NCBI GenBank assembly: GCA_903902445.1
Contig: CAIUUT010000202.1
Coordinates: forward strand, 1-51,694
Origin: an uncultured Candidatus Marinamargulisbacteria bacterium
GTDB taxonomy: Bacteria > Margulisbacteria > Riflemargulisbacteria > GWF2-35-9
Length of the DNA: 51,694 nt
Reading direction: 5' to 3'
Notes under the pieces: generated by a model
Seen by the model: only the letters and a program-made list of their open reading frames with translations
The model's database searches: none
What the model was told of the DNA's origin: nothing
Shown here: piece by piece, positions 27,093 to 36,942 of the stretch
Numbering within the stretch: the first letter of the stretch is position 1
How the letters are laid out: each line of letters begins with the position of its first letter
Position numbers and translations under genes: made by a program

Positions 27093-28679
27093 ATGGAAAC
27101 AACAAAACAATTAAATCAAAATAACTTAGAACAGAAAAACAATGTAGCGAATCCTGATTTGCAGGTTGTTGTTTTAGACCATGTTCCAATAAATTCTTCC
27201 CAACAATTTCCATCCCAAAAAGTTGAAAATTTTCTTATTTCTGAAATATTGGAAGCTCAAAAAATATTAAGAATTGAAGTGGATGAGCTGAAAGAAAAGA
27301 ATAAGTTGCTGGTGGAAAAAAATTTAATACAGGAAGAAACCTTAAATGTTGGATTAACCAATATTAAAGAAAGTATTGCCCTTGAATTTAGCCAAAATCT
27401 AAATAATAAGACCGATTTTTTAGTGATGCAATTGCAGTACATTGATGACTTGAGACGGGAATCGGATAGTAAGTTAGAGTCGTTAAGTAAAGAATACAAG
27501 CATTTGCAAGAACTAATGAAGCAAAATACGATACACATTGACGGTCTTAGGCAGGACATGGATATTACCAATAAAAAAATACCCGATGTCGATAAGAATT
27601 ATGTTAATTTAGTGAATAAACAGACAGAGAGTAATCTTCTTAAAGTAATAGGTGATCTAAAAGAGCAAAACTTAAATATTCAAAAAGAAATGGCTAAAAA
27701 AATATCAGATCTTAAGGTGGGCTTATTGGACAATATCGAAAGTTCAAAGAATTCAGCAAGTCAGCAAGTTGCTTCCTTGAAGCTGGAAATTCAAAACATT
27801 CTGGAACTTCAATATGGCACGAAACTACAACAAGTATTTACCCAAATTACTACTCTTCAGGATAATGGTATGGCTTATGAAAAAAGACTCAATGATATAG
27901 CTAAAATATCGAGTATTATCGTGGCGAATCTAAATATTTTGCAAAATGATTTCCAGAATATAAATAAAAAAATTCGTGATATTTTGGCTCAAATTGAGTC
28001 TTTAGATCTTCAAGATAAAAACAATAAAATAGAAATAGACGAGTTGAAGACCTTAGAAGCGGCACTTTTAGTGAAAAGCCAAGAATTTAGTCAAAACCTG
28101 TTAAACAATGCTGTTTTCGAGCTGCGTACAGAATTACTGAATACAATTTCTAATGTTGCGGTGGTGGTGGAGAATATTGAGTCAAAAAAATACGATGAGC
28201 ATATGCTAAATATTGAACAGACAATGCAGGAAATACAAAATAAGGTAACCATAAGTCAGGAGCATAAAAGGGAAGCTGAGGAGAAAATAAATGCCCTAGA
28301 GTTATTGAGCAAACAGAATCAAGAGAGTATTTTGCAAATTAAGGAAAAAGCAGAAACGGATGCGCAAGCCTTAAAGGACAGTCCTGCAACAAATCTTCTG
28401 TATTTTCATAAAATGAAAAATAGGTTAATAAAAATAGTTGAGATTATTAAGAATAATAGAAAAAGTAATGATACAGTGCAACACAATCTCTCACAGGCAA
28501 TTAATCAGATTCATAGTCAAATAGAGGATTTTCTTAAGAATAATCAAGTGATTGGCACTACACTTAGGGATAGTAAACTTGATATTACAAGTGTTAAGCA
28601 AAGCATCGATGAGCTGCAAAGCGAATTTAGAGAAGCGATACGTGATGGGAAAGTGGTCTATTTCCAGAAAAAAAAGTAA
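27093..28679 (+). CDS. hypothetical 528-aa protein, almost entirely coiled coil
   Basis: Long ORF rich in E/K/Q/N/L/I with heptad-like periodicity. No TM helix, signal peptide or enzymatic motif recognised. Confidence 0.7.
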   Translation: METTKQLNQNNLEQKNNVANPDLQVVVLDHVPINSSQQFPSQKVENFLISEILEAQKILRIEVDELKEKNKLLVEKNLIQEETLNVGLTNIKESIALEFSQNLNNKTDFLVMQLQYIDDLRRESDSKLESLSKEYKHLQELMKQNTIHIDGLRQDMDITNKKIPDVDKNYVNLVNKQTESNLLKVIGDLKEQNLNIQKEMAKKISDLKVGLLDNIESSKNSASQQVASLKLEIQNILELQYGTKLQQVFTQITTLQDNGMAYEKRLNDIAKISSIIVANLNILQNDFQNINKKIRDILAQIESLDLQDKNNKIEIDELKTLEAALLVKSQEFSQNLLNNAVFELRTELLNTISNVAVVVENIESKKYDEHMLNIEQTMQEIQNKVTISQEHKREAEEKINALELLSKQNQESILQIKEKAETDAQALKDSPATNLLYFHKMKNRLIKIVEIIKNNRKSNDTVQHNLSQAINQIHSQIEDFLKNNQVIGTTLRDSKLDITSVKQSIDELQSEFREAIRDGKVVYFQKKK

Positions 28680-28774
28680 TCGATATACCTAACTTAGGGT
28701 TAATCACTTTTGTTCACTACCAATTTTTTTACAAATCCCCATAATGGCAAGATAATTGCATACAGTAGAGTAGT

Positions 28775-28802
28775 ACAATAGGATAATATTTAGTCCTATT
28801 GT
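28775..28802. promoter_or_regulatory. inverted repeat ACAATAGGA-N10-TCCTATTGT upstream of clpB (candidate operator or 5'-UTR hairpin)
   Basis: 9-bp perfect arms read directly. They end 35 nt before the clpB ATG. A GATAAT -10-like hexamer lies in the left arm and spacer. Confidence 0.35.
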
Positions 28803-28836
28803 GTGCGTATTTCGTCATAGGAAGAAGGAGGAAAAA

Positions 28837-31407
28837 ATGTTAAATCTGAATAAATTTACACTAAAATCGCAAGAGGTTGTACAGGAATCATTTAACTTGG
28901 CTCAAAATGCGGATCATCAGGAGGTGGATAGTATCCATCTTCTCCAGTCCATTCTAATGGTTGATAGTAGCATCGTCAGACAGATCATTGAAAAAATAGG
29001 TGTACGAGTAACGGACATTAGTTCAGAAATTGAACAGTCCTTACAAAAGAAATCTAAAGTAAGTGGTTCAGCTCAAGTATATATGAGTAATGAACTGGCT
29101 CTAATTATCAAGGATGCTCAAAAGAAAGCCGATGGCTTTAATGATGAGTATGTTACCAATGAGCATATATTATTAGCCATGTTAGAGGTGGCTTGTGAGG
29201 CTAAAACTATCCTTACGGCCAACGGAGTCAGCAAAGATAAGGTGCTGCAAGTTATGAAGTCGTTGCGCGGCAATGAAAGGGTGACGGAGCAGAACCAAGA
29301 AGATGCTTTCCAGGCGATTAAGAAATATTGCAAGGATCTAAATGAACTTGCACGAAATGGCAAGCTTGACCCCGTAATTGGTAGAGACGATGAAATTCGC
29401 AGAGTAGTGCAGGTCTTAAGCCGCAGGACAAAAAATAACCCTGTGCTCATCGGTGAACCAGGTGTGGGTAAAACAGCCGTGGTGGAAGGTCTTGCCCAGC
29501 GCATTGTGAATGGAGATGTACCCGAGGTTCTGAAGGATAAGCGTATCGAAGCTTTGGACATGGGGGCTTTAATCGCTGGAGCCAAGTATCGTGGCGAATT
29601 TGAGGACAGGTTGAAAGCTTTGCTCAAGGAAGTTGAAAAATCACAAGGGCAAGTGATCCTCTTTATAGATGAGCTCCATACTATTGTCGGAGCAGGTGCT
29701 AGCGAGGGGGCGATGGATGCCTCGAATATGCTCAAGCCTGCTTTAGCCAGAGGTTTATTAAGAGCTATTGGTGCTACAACCTTAGATGAGTACAGAAAGT
29801 ATATCGAAAAGGACGCGGCGCTAGAGAGACGCTTCCAACCTGTGACTATTGCAGAGCCAAATATAGACGATACAATTGCCATTTTAAGGGGCTTAAAAGA
29901 AAAGTATGAAGTGCATCATGGTATCCGCATTCAGGACTCTGCCATTGTAGCTGCTGCTAATCTTTCCAATCGCTATATTGCCGATAGATTTCTGCCGGAT
30001 AAAGCGATCGATTTAATTGATGAAGCCGCCTCTAAGTTAAGGATTGAAATTGATAGTATGCCTCTGGAAATAGATGAGCTGGAAAGACGGTTAATCCAGC
30101 TCGAAATTGAGCGACAGGCTTTAAAAAAGGAAAAGGATGCTAAATCTCAAGAAAGATTAGCCAAAATACTCGAAGAAATTGCCCAAATTACGGAAAAAAG
30201 GAATTTTCTGAAAATCCACTGGCTCAAAGAAAAAGAAATTATTAAGGATATTAGCGCTACTAAGGCTCAATTGGAAGAGGCCAGTATTAGGGCGCAAAAA
30301 GAAGAGCGGATGGGGAATTTGGAAGCCGTTTCAAAAATCCGCTATGGTGAAATCGTGGCGTTACAAAAGAAGCTAGAAGATAGTAATGCCAAATTGCAAG
30401 ACTTACAAAAGAGTCAGAAAATGCTCAAAGAAGAGGTGGATGAAGAAGATATCGCTCAAATCGTTTCTAAGTGGACCGGTATCCCTGTTTCACGCATGAT
30501 GGAAAGTGAAATGCATAAGCTCATCCACATGGAGGAAAAGATCGGGCAAAGAGTGATTGGCCAAAAAGAGGCCATTAGTGCAGTGGCCAATGCCCTGCGA
30601 AGGTCTAGGGCAGGGATTTCCGACCCCAATAGGCCGATTGGTTCCTTTATTTTCCTTGGTCCTACGGGTGTGGGTAAGACCGAGTTAGCCAAGGCACTGG
30701 CTGAGTTTATGTTCGATAACGAAGAGGCTATTATTCGCATTGATATGTCGGAATATATGGAAAAACATGCCGTTTCTAGGCTAGTGGGGGCGCCACCAGG
30801 ATATGTGGGGTATGATGAAGGGGGACAGCTTACCGAGGCGGTGCGTCGCCGTCCCTATTCGGTTGTTCTGTTTGACGAAATTGAAAAAGCACACCCTGAT
30901 GTCTTTAATATTTTATTGCAAATCCTAGATGATGGTCGTTTGACCGATGGTCAAGGTCGAAGTGTAGATTTTAAAAACACGGCCATTATCATGACGTCAA
31001 ATATTGGTAGCGATATTATCCTACAAGCGCAAAGCGTAGAGAAGGTAAAGGACGATGTCTTAGGGCTACTAAAAAACTACTTTAGGCCGGAATTTATTAA
31101 CCGCTTAGATGAAATAATAGTGTTTACCAGTTTATCCGCCTCAGAAATAAAGGACATTGTGGTTATACAATTAAATATCCTCAAAGAGCGCCTAGTAACC
31201 AAAGACATATTCCTAGAGTTTACGGAGAATTTGATAAGCCATTTAGCTCAAATAGGCTATGACCCCTCTTATGGTGCCAGGCCCTTAAAGCGCGTAATCA
31301 TTAAAGATGTGCAAGATAAGTTGGCGGTAAAAATTCTTTCTGGAGAAGTGGGAGCTGGGAGCAGTATAAAAGTTGATTATGTTGGGCAGGAAGTGGTCTT
31401 TATCTAA
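28837..31407 (+). CDS. clpB: ATP-dependent chaperone ClpB
   Basis: The ATG at 28837 is preceded by GAAGGAGG. Two AAA+ modules ([16 protein letters not shown]) with a middle coiled-coil domain. Confidence 0.95.
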   Translation: MLNLNKFTLKSQEVVQESFNLAQNADHQEVDSIHLLQSILMVDSSIVRQIIEKIGVRVTDISSEIEQSLQKKSKVSGSAQVYMSNELALIIKDAQKKADGFNDEYVTNEHILLAMLEVACEAKTILTANGVSKDKVLQVMKSLRGNERVTEQNQEDAFQAIKKYCKDLNELARNGKLDPVIGRDDEIRRVVQVLSRRTKNNPVLIGEPGVGKTAVVEGLAQRIVNGDVPEVLKDKRIEALDMGALIAGAKYRGEFEDRLKALLKEVEKSQGQVILFIDELHTIVGAGASEGAMDASNMLKPALARGLLRAIGATTLDEYRKYIEKDAALERRFQPVTIAEPNIDDTIAILRGLKEKYEVHHGIRIQDSAIVAAANLSNRYIADRFLPDKAIDLIDEAASKLRIEIDSMPLEIDELERRLIQLEIERQALKKEKDAKSQERLAKILEEIAQITEKRNFLKIHWLKEKEIIKDISATKAQLEEASIRAQKEERMGNLEAVSKIRYGEIVALQKKLEDSNAKLQDLQKSQKMLKEEVDEEDIAQIVSKWTGIPVSRMMESEMHKLIHMEEKIGQRVIGQKEAISAVANALRRSRAGISDPNRPIGSFIFLGPTGVGKTELAKALAEFMFDNEEAIIRIDMSEYMEKHAVSRLVGAPPGYVGYDEGGQLTEAVRRRPYSVVLFDEIEKAHPDVFNILLQILDDGRLTDGQGRSVDFKNTAIIMTSNIGSDIILQAQSVEKVKDDVLGLLKNYFRPEFINRLDEIIVFTSLSASEIKDIVVIQLNILKERLVTKDIFLEFTENLISHLAQIGYDPSYGARPLKRVIIKDVQDKLAVKILSGEVGAGSSIKVDYVGQEVVFI

Positions 31408-31416
31408 GTTATAGGT

Positions 31417-31422
31417 TAAAAT
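31417..31422 (+). promoter_or_regulatory. -10-like TAAAAT, 6 nt upstream of the GT9 gene ATG (leaderless candidate)
   Basis: Reads ggtTAAAATttagctATG. No SD. Only 21 nt after the clpB stop. Confidence 0.3.
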
Positions 31423-31428
31423 TTAGCT

Positions 31429-32535
31429 ATGAAAGTCATAGATAAAATTATCGGTAGTTTTCTGCTGTTTCTGTGCTCTTTGTTTAAAAAGAAGTCAGTG
31501 CAACCGAAAGTAGTTAATAATATCCTTATTATTAAGCTCATAGCCATGGGCGATATGCTGGTTATTGGCCCCTTGGTAAAGACCGTGAGGGATGCTTATC
31601 CGCAAGCTGCAATCCATCTCTTAACGACCAAGCGTGTTAAGAGTGTAGTAGAAAACATGAGCTTGTACGAGCAGGTTCATTATCTAGATTTTAACTGGAA
31701 GTTCCCTTTTTCATTTTTTGCAAATATTAGAAACTTAATAAAAATTAATTTCGATTTAGTCCTTGAATTAGAATTTTATTATCGCCTTACAACTCTTTTG
31801 GCTTGTTTAATAAAACCTAAATTTGTTCTTGGATTTGATTTGCAAAAAGTGCGTAGTAATGTTTTCGATAAATTAGTTGGTTTTCGAGAAGATTTGCATA
31901 TTGTGGAGGCCTATTTAGAGTTTGCCAAAGCTTTGGGGTTAAAGAATATAGCTCAAGAGCTTGTTCCTTTGCAAAGTTCGCAGCCAGATAGGTTAAAGGT
32001 AGATAGTAATTTTCCAGCGCAAAAGGAGTACGTTCTCCTTCAAGTTGGAACCAGCTTACGTGCTAAGTCGAGACGCTGGGAAGTTTCCAAGTGGCAGGAG
32101 CTCATAGGGCTTTTAGCAAAGGAGCATAAAATAGTTTTGGTGGGTAGCAAGGAAGAAGAGGAAATACTAAGCGAAATTTCATTACCCAAGTCAAATATAA
32201 TCGATGCTGTAAATTTACTTTCGATAACCCAACTTGCTTATCTGATGCAAAAAAGCAAACTCTTTATTGGCCTCGATACGGGGACAACGCATTTAGCAGC
32301 TGCAATGGGTACTCCGATTGTTGCCTTATACGGGCCAAATACGCCGGATCGTTGGGGGCCATTTTCGTCTAATGCTTCTGTAATATATAAAAAAACGTTT
32401 TGCTCGCCCTGTACCCGACAGCATCAGGGGGTTGTGTCCAACTGTCAGGAAAATAAATGTATGCAGCAGATAACGGTTCCAGAAGTTATTGCAGCAGTTT
32501 CTTCTGCCACAGGTTGTGTTCCGCAGCCGATTTAG
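31429..32535 (+). CDS. glycosyltransferase family 9 (LPS heptosyltransferase-like)
   Basis: ILIIKLIAMGDMLVIGPLVKTVRDAYPQAAIHLLT is a typical GT9 N-terminus. GLDTGTTHLAAAMGTP motif. Confidence 0.8.
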   Translation: MKVIDKIIGSFLLFLCSLFKKKSVQPKVVNNILIIKLIAMGDMLVIGPLVKTVRDAYPQAAIHLLTTKRVKSVVENMSLYEQVHYLDFNWKFPFSFFANIRNLIKINFDLVLELEFYYRLTTLLACLIKPKFVLGFDLQKVRSNVFDKLVGFREDLHIVEAYLEFAKALGLKNIAQELVPLQSSQPDRLKVDSNFPAQKEYVLLQVGTSLRAKSRRWEVSKWQELIGLLAKEHKIVLVGSKEEEEILSEISLPKSNIIDAVNLLSITQLAYLMQKSKLFIGLDTGTTHLAAAMGTPIVALYGPNTPDRWGPFSSNASVIYKKTFCSPCTRQHQGVVSNCQENKCMQQITVPEVIAAVSSATGCVPQPI

Positions 32536-33559
32536 AGAAGTGGTGAGTTCCATCTCCCTTGGAAATGAAATAGTAATAATTGGTTTTGGCGGGATAAAGC
32601 ACAGCTTTTATTGACTTTATTCCAGGATTTGAAATAGGGCTGGGAGTAAGGCCATAGTTCCTGTAGGTATTGTACAAACTATCAATTTTCAGGTCATCCA
32701 AACTTAAGCGCTCTTTATGCGGTAATCCCTGAAGGAGTCGTGAATATTCGATGGTAGGGCAGGAGCCAAGAGCCATATGAACTCTTAAGCGGTTTAAATA
32801 AACGGAGGCAATAATGGGGCGTTCCTCATCAGCCATTGCTTCACTCTCGACTATAGAAGCCAGGGTCATCAGTTTATAAAAGTCTTGCTTAGGGGCTCTA
32901 GGTTGTTTAACATACTGCACCTCTTTATAAGTTCTCCCTCTTTTATTTTTTCTATATTTCACCACAGCCGTAACTTCCACATTTTTGGCGAGAAATTCCT
33001 GATAAAGTGGCAGTGCCTTTTGCTTATAATTGTTAATCATGGTAGATATAATTTGCTCTAAGGGAGTATAAAAATCGAAAAAGTACGTATCTGGGAAAAT
33101 AAATCCTTCCAAGCTGGCGATGGAGTTCAAGCTAGATATATAGGGTAAACTTTGTATGAGGGGTACAAAAGTTTCATGGTTGGTCGCAAATTCATAAAAT
33201 TCATTGGGTTGGGTTATCTTCTTATCACTAAGAAGTTGGTCAATTTGGAAAAGGTTGTAACCTTCAGGGATGGTTACTTTAATAAACTCAATTCGGTTTC
33301 TATCTTGAAGTTGCTCAATGACTTTATCCGTGGAAAGCCCTTTTTCGATCCTCATTAGTCCAGAGTAAAAAATTGGTTTTTTCCCTAGCATTTTTACTTT
33401 TAGCCAAAAAACAGTTTTGCTTGAAATCAATTTATTTTCTTTCAAGACTTGGGCAATAACTTTTGAGGAAGACCCTTTGGGTATGAGAATCGTTGTTTCT
33501 TCGCTAAAGGTGAAACATAACAAAGTGCTAACAAGTAATATAATTAATATTTTTTTCAT
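32486..33559 (-). CDS. mltG: endolytic murein transglycosylase MltG (YceG family)
   Basis: N-terminal TM helix. YceG-like region with ASIVESEA and the C-terminal GDGTHHFSKSAAEHN. Confidence 0.88.
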   Translation of the reverse strand: MKKILIILLVSTLLCFTFSEETTILIPKGSSSKVIAQVLKENKLISSKTVFWLKVKMLGKKPIFYSGLMRIEKGLSTDKVIEQLQDRNRIEFIKVTIPEGYNLFQIDQLLSDKKITQPNEFYEFATNHETFVPLIQSLPYISSLNSIASLEGFIFPDTYFFDFYTPLEQIISTMINNYKQKALPLYQEFLAKNVEVTAVVKYRKNKRGRTYKEVQYVKQPRAPKQDFYKLMTLASIVESEAMADEERPIIASVYLNRLRVHMALGSCPTIEYSRLLQGLPHKERLSLDDLKIDSLYNTYRNYGLTPSPISNPGIKSIKAVLYPAKTNYYYFISKGDGTHHFSKSAAEHNLWQKKLLQ

Positions 33560-33969
33560 TTTAATGAGTTATTTTTTGTGTCTAAGTAGCTTTGCAAAAT
33601 TTGTGTGGCTTCCAGCGCATCCTTCAAGCCTCGTCGCTGTTTGGTATTTACACCTAAGAAGGCAAGGGATTTATCTACACTTTTTGAGGTTAGCCGCTCA
33701 TCTTGGTCGATGACTTTTACGCCCATAGTACTTTCTAGCTTTATTTTAAATGCTTCAACTTCTCGGGTCATGTGTGTGTCTGTCCCTTTCATACTCTTAG
33801 GTTTTCCAAGAATGACAGTGTCGAAATCTTCCTCTTCGTACAGTTTTTGGATATAAGTAATGGCCTTAGACAATTCAACCTTATCGCGTGGGAAGGCCAC
33901 TTTTTGTTCTGGGTCAGAAACACTTATGCCTACATACTTAGTTCCGTAATCTATCCCGATGGCTTTCAA
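33556..33969 (-). CDS. ruvX: Holliday junction resolvase-like pre-16S rRNA nuclease RuvX/YqgF
   Basis: GIDYGTKYVGISVSD N-terminal motif. 137 aa. Conserved alaS-ruvX-mltG order. Confidence 0.88.
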   Translation of the reverse strand: MKAIGIDYGTKYVGISVSDPEQKVAFPRDKVELSKAITYIQKLYEEEDFDTVILGKPKSMKGTDTHMTREVEAFKIKLESTMGVKVIDQDERLTSKSVDKSLAFLGVNTKQRRGLKDALEATQILQSYLDTKNNSLK

Positions 33970-33972
33970 GTA

Positions 33973-36285
33973 TTACTTAAGCCTTTCTTCCAAAGTTTTC
34001 TTTAGAAAATCTAAGGCTTGAGGAATCTGGCTGGCATTTTTGCCGCCACCTTGCGCATAGTCTGGCCTGCCACCGCCATTCCCTTCCAGTATCTTGGCCG
34101 TTTCCTTCAGTAGCTCACCAGCTGAAATCTTGTAATGAGTAATTAGCTTGTTTGAGGCTTTTATGATGATAGAAATTTTATTTTCCGTCGTGTTATTTAT
34201 TATTAAAGCTACAAATTCCACAGTACTTTCGGGTAGCTTATCCAGAACATCCTTGGGATTGTCGGGGAAAATAACATTCTCCATACTTTTAATGATTATC
34301 GGGATATTATTAATCATGATTTTATGGGCATCAAAATCAGTCTTTAACTGTACCAGTAAGATGCTTGATAGCAAAGACGTCTTTTCTTTTTTTAGGTCAG
34401 AATTCTCTTTACGCAGCTGGGTAAATTTATCTAATACATTTTCGCTACTTATTTGATAATCCAAAGTAATAGAATCTATAATTTCCAATTTATGGTTAAT
34501 TAAGGCTAAGGCATAACTGCCAGCCACAGCTTCGATTCTTCTAATACCGTTACTAATTGCGGCTTCAGAAACAATTTTAAATAACCCAATATCGCCAGTT
34601 CTGTTTACGTGGGTGCCCCCGCAAAGCTCTGTGGAGAAGCTCCCCATTTTTACTACTCTAACCAGATTTTCATACTTTTCTGTAAACAAAGCCATAGCGC
34701 CTTCTTGAATGGCTTCGTCATATGTTTTTTCGCAGATAGCTACTTCTAGGTTAGCCATAATTTTCTCATTCACAATGTGTTCAACCTCTTGCAGTTGCTG
34801 CGTCGTTAAGGCTTTGGGGTGCGTAAAATCAAAACGTAGCCTATCGGTAGAAACTAGAGATCCCGCTTGTGTTACATGTGTGCCCAAAACTTGTCGTAAG
34901 GCAGCTTGGAGTAAGTGTGTGACACTATGATGTCTAGCCATTTCGATGCGTTCTTGTTCATTCTTGGCTACAATAGCCTCTCCGCCTTTGGGTTTACTTT
35001 CTCCATCCTTGTAGAAAACCGCATTGCCACGAGCTCTGGTGCGTTGCTCTTCCATCAAGCCTTCAAAACGCTGGGTATCCACCGAAACTTTTTTCTCTTC
35101 GGCAATTTCCATGGTAAGTTCCAAGGGGAATCCAAAAGTATCAAATAGTTTGAAAGCATCTTCACCGCTAATTTGTTTTTTGTCGGTAATAATTTCTTCC
35201 AGTAAGCTTAGACCAAAATCTAAAGTTTTCGAAAAGTTTGTTTCCTCGGTGTTTACTATTTCTTCTATTAGAGCTCTGTTTTCCCAAAGTTCGTTGTAAA
35301 ATATTTTATAGTTATCGATAACCAGTAGGCATATTTTGCATAGGAAGGCTTCGTTAATGCCGAGAATTTTTCCATGACGAATGGCTCTACGAATAATCTT
35401 CTTTAGGATGTAGCCACGCCCTTCGTTGCTGGGGTATATGCCGTCAGCAATCATAAACGTAACAGCTCTGGCATGGTCCGCTACCACATACAAGGAAACT
35501 TTACTTTCAGCTTTAGCTAACTTCAACAATTCTTTGGTTATGGGAGTAAATAAATCGGTTTCAAAGTTGGATTTTACATTTTGTAGTACCGAGCAAATTC
35601 GTTCCAGCCCCATGCCGGTATCGATGTTTTTCTTGGGTAAAGGACTAAGTTCACCTTTTTCATTTTTATTAAATTCCATAAATACTAAGTTCCAAATTTC
35701 TACAAAGCGATTGCAATCACAACCTGGGGCGCAATCTGGGTTCCCGCAACCATACTCTACACCATAATCATAGTATATTTCCGAGCAAGGACCACAGGGA
35801 CCGGTAGGGCCAGATTCCCAAAAATTGTTGTCTTTATCTAATCTTACTATTTGAGTCTTATCTACATCGGTAAATTCAGACCACAATGCAATGGCTTCGT
35901 CATCTTCTTTATATACCGATACGTAAAGTTTGTCTTTGGGTAATTTATAATGGTTGGTGAGTAAATCCCAAGCATAAATGATGGCATCTTTTTTGAAATA
36001 GTCACCGAAGGAAAAATTGCCCAACATTTCAAAGAAAGTTTGATGCCTTGGCGTTCTCCCAACATTCTCTAAGTCATTAGTGCGAATACATTTCTGGACA
36101 GAAGTGGCTCTGTTAAAGGGTGGCACTTTTTTGCCCAGAAAATAGGGTTTAAAAGGAAGCATGCCCGCAATGGTAAGGAGTACCGTTTTGTCCTCAGGGA
36201 CAAGAGAGGCGCTTTTTTGGGCACTATGACCTTTATCTACAAAATAATCAATAAATTTTTGTCTAACATCAACCGAAGTGAGCAT
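33973..36285 (-). CDS. alaS: alanine--tRNA ligase (compact, 770 aa)
   Basis: Class II core, editing-domain HSVTHLL/CGGTH motifs and the C-terminal GGGGRPDYAQGGG. Confidence 0.95.
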   Translation of the reverse strand: MLTSVDVRQKFIDYFVDKGHSAQKSASLVPEDKTVLLTIAGMLPFKPYFLGKKVPPFNRATSVQKCIRTNDLENVGRTPRHQTFFEMLGNFSFGDYFKKDAIIYAWDLLTNHYKLPKDKLYVSVYKEDDEAIALWSEFTDVDKTQIVRLDKDNNFWESGPTGPCGPCSEIYYDYGVEYGCGNPDCAPGCDCNRFVEIWNLVFMEFNKNEKGELSPLPKKNIDTGMGLERICSVLQNVKSNFETDLFTPITKELLKLAKAESKVSLYVVADHARAVTFMIADGIYPSNEGRGYILKKIIRRAIRHGKILGINEAFLCKICLLVIDNYKIFYNELWENRALIEEIVNTEETNFSKTLDFGLSLLEEIITDKKQISGEDAFKLFDTFGFPLELTMEIAEEKKVSVDTQRFEGLMEEQRTRARGNAVFYKDGESKPKGGEAIVAKNEQERIEMARHHSVTHLLQAALRQVLGTHVTQAGSLVSTDRLRFDFTHPKALTTQQLQEVEHIVNEKIMANLEVAICEKTYDEAIQEGAMALFTEKYENLVRVVKMGSFSTELCGGTHVNRTGDIGLFKIVSEAAISNGIRRIEAVAGSYALALINHKLEIIDSITLDYQISSENVLDKFTQLRKENSDLKKEKTSLLSSILLVQLKTDFDAHKIMINNIPIIIKSMENVIFPDNPKDVLDKLPESTVEFVALIINNTTENKISIIIKASNKLITHYKISAGELLKETAKILEGNGGGRPDYAQGGGKNASQIPQALDFLKKTLEERLK

Positions 36286-36291
36286 ATCTTA

Positions 36292-36483
36292 TTATTTCTT
36301 ACAGCAGTTAAAAAAACTTCTTGCGGTCTTTGTCCAAAAACTAAAATCAGAAAAGTTTTTAATTGATTTATTAAGACGGCTGGTCATATTAATAAACTTA
36401 AACACCAAAATTATGAGACCTAGTAAGAAAAGAATCAGCAGACTATCCACAATTATAGTTAAAATTTGTACAGTTAGTAGCAT
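36292..36483 (-). CDS. hypothetical small membrane protein (63 aa)
   Basis: One strong TM helix. Packed 3 nt after ytxH and 6 nt before alaS on the same strand. No homology recognised. Confidence 0.4.
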   Translation of the reverse strand: MLLTVQILTIIVDSLLILFLLGLIILVFKFINMTSRLNKSIKNFSDFSFWTKTARSFFNCCKK

Positions 36484-36486
36484 GGA

Positions 36487-36771
36487 TTACTCCTGAATAT
36501 TTATATTTTTGTGTAGCTTTTCATCAATACGCTTGGAAACGTTAGCAATAAGTCCTTCTATTTGTTCCTTTGTCTTTGCAATAAGTTCTTCAGCTGACTC
36601 CTTCGTGTTTTCCAAAGAGTTCTCTAAAGTATCTGGCGTATTTTGTAGGGTTTCTTTAATTATTTCTCTTGTTTCTTTGCCGGTTTTAGGTGCAAACAAT
36701 ATTCCCAAAATCCCACCAAATAAAAGGCCAAATATAAGGTATATTCCGTGATGTCCGTGTCTATGTTCCAT
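36487..36771 (-). CDS. YtxH domain-containing protein
   Basis: GLLFGGILGILFAPKTGKETREIIKE is the YtxH signature. AAAGGAG SD 7 nt upstream. Confidence 0.75.
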   Translation of the reverse strand: MEHRHGHHGIYLIFGLLFGGILGILFAPKTGKETREIIKETLQNTPDTLENSLENTKESAEELIAKTKEQIEGLIANVSKRIDEKLHKNINIQE

Positions 36772-36942
36772 AATATGACTCCTTTTCTGTATTTTTCACA
36801 AAACGCTTTTTTACTTAAAACCAATTCCGTACAAAATCTATACCAAAACTTAATTTAGCTTTAGTATGATAATGTATAGTGATTTTATGCTTTAGGAAGT
36901 GCTAAGTCAATAAAAATATATAACCAGTAGTGAGGAAAAATC

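Noticed and set aside
28680-28836. CIRCE, HAIR or CtsR operator upstream of clpB
   Set aside because: None of the three consensus sequences is present. Only the unrelated ACAATAGGA palindrome was found, and it is reported separately.
29118-29882. 254-aa ORF antisense to clpB
   Set aside because: It lies entirely inside a highly conserved ClpB coding region. Its Ser/Ala/Pro-rich, low-complexity translation is typical of shadow ORFs opposite a strongly codon-biased gene. It has no SD or promoter.
34148-35767. Series of 73-113-aa plus-strand ORFs opposite alaS
   Set aside because: They are shadow ORFs inside the AlaRS coding region.
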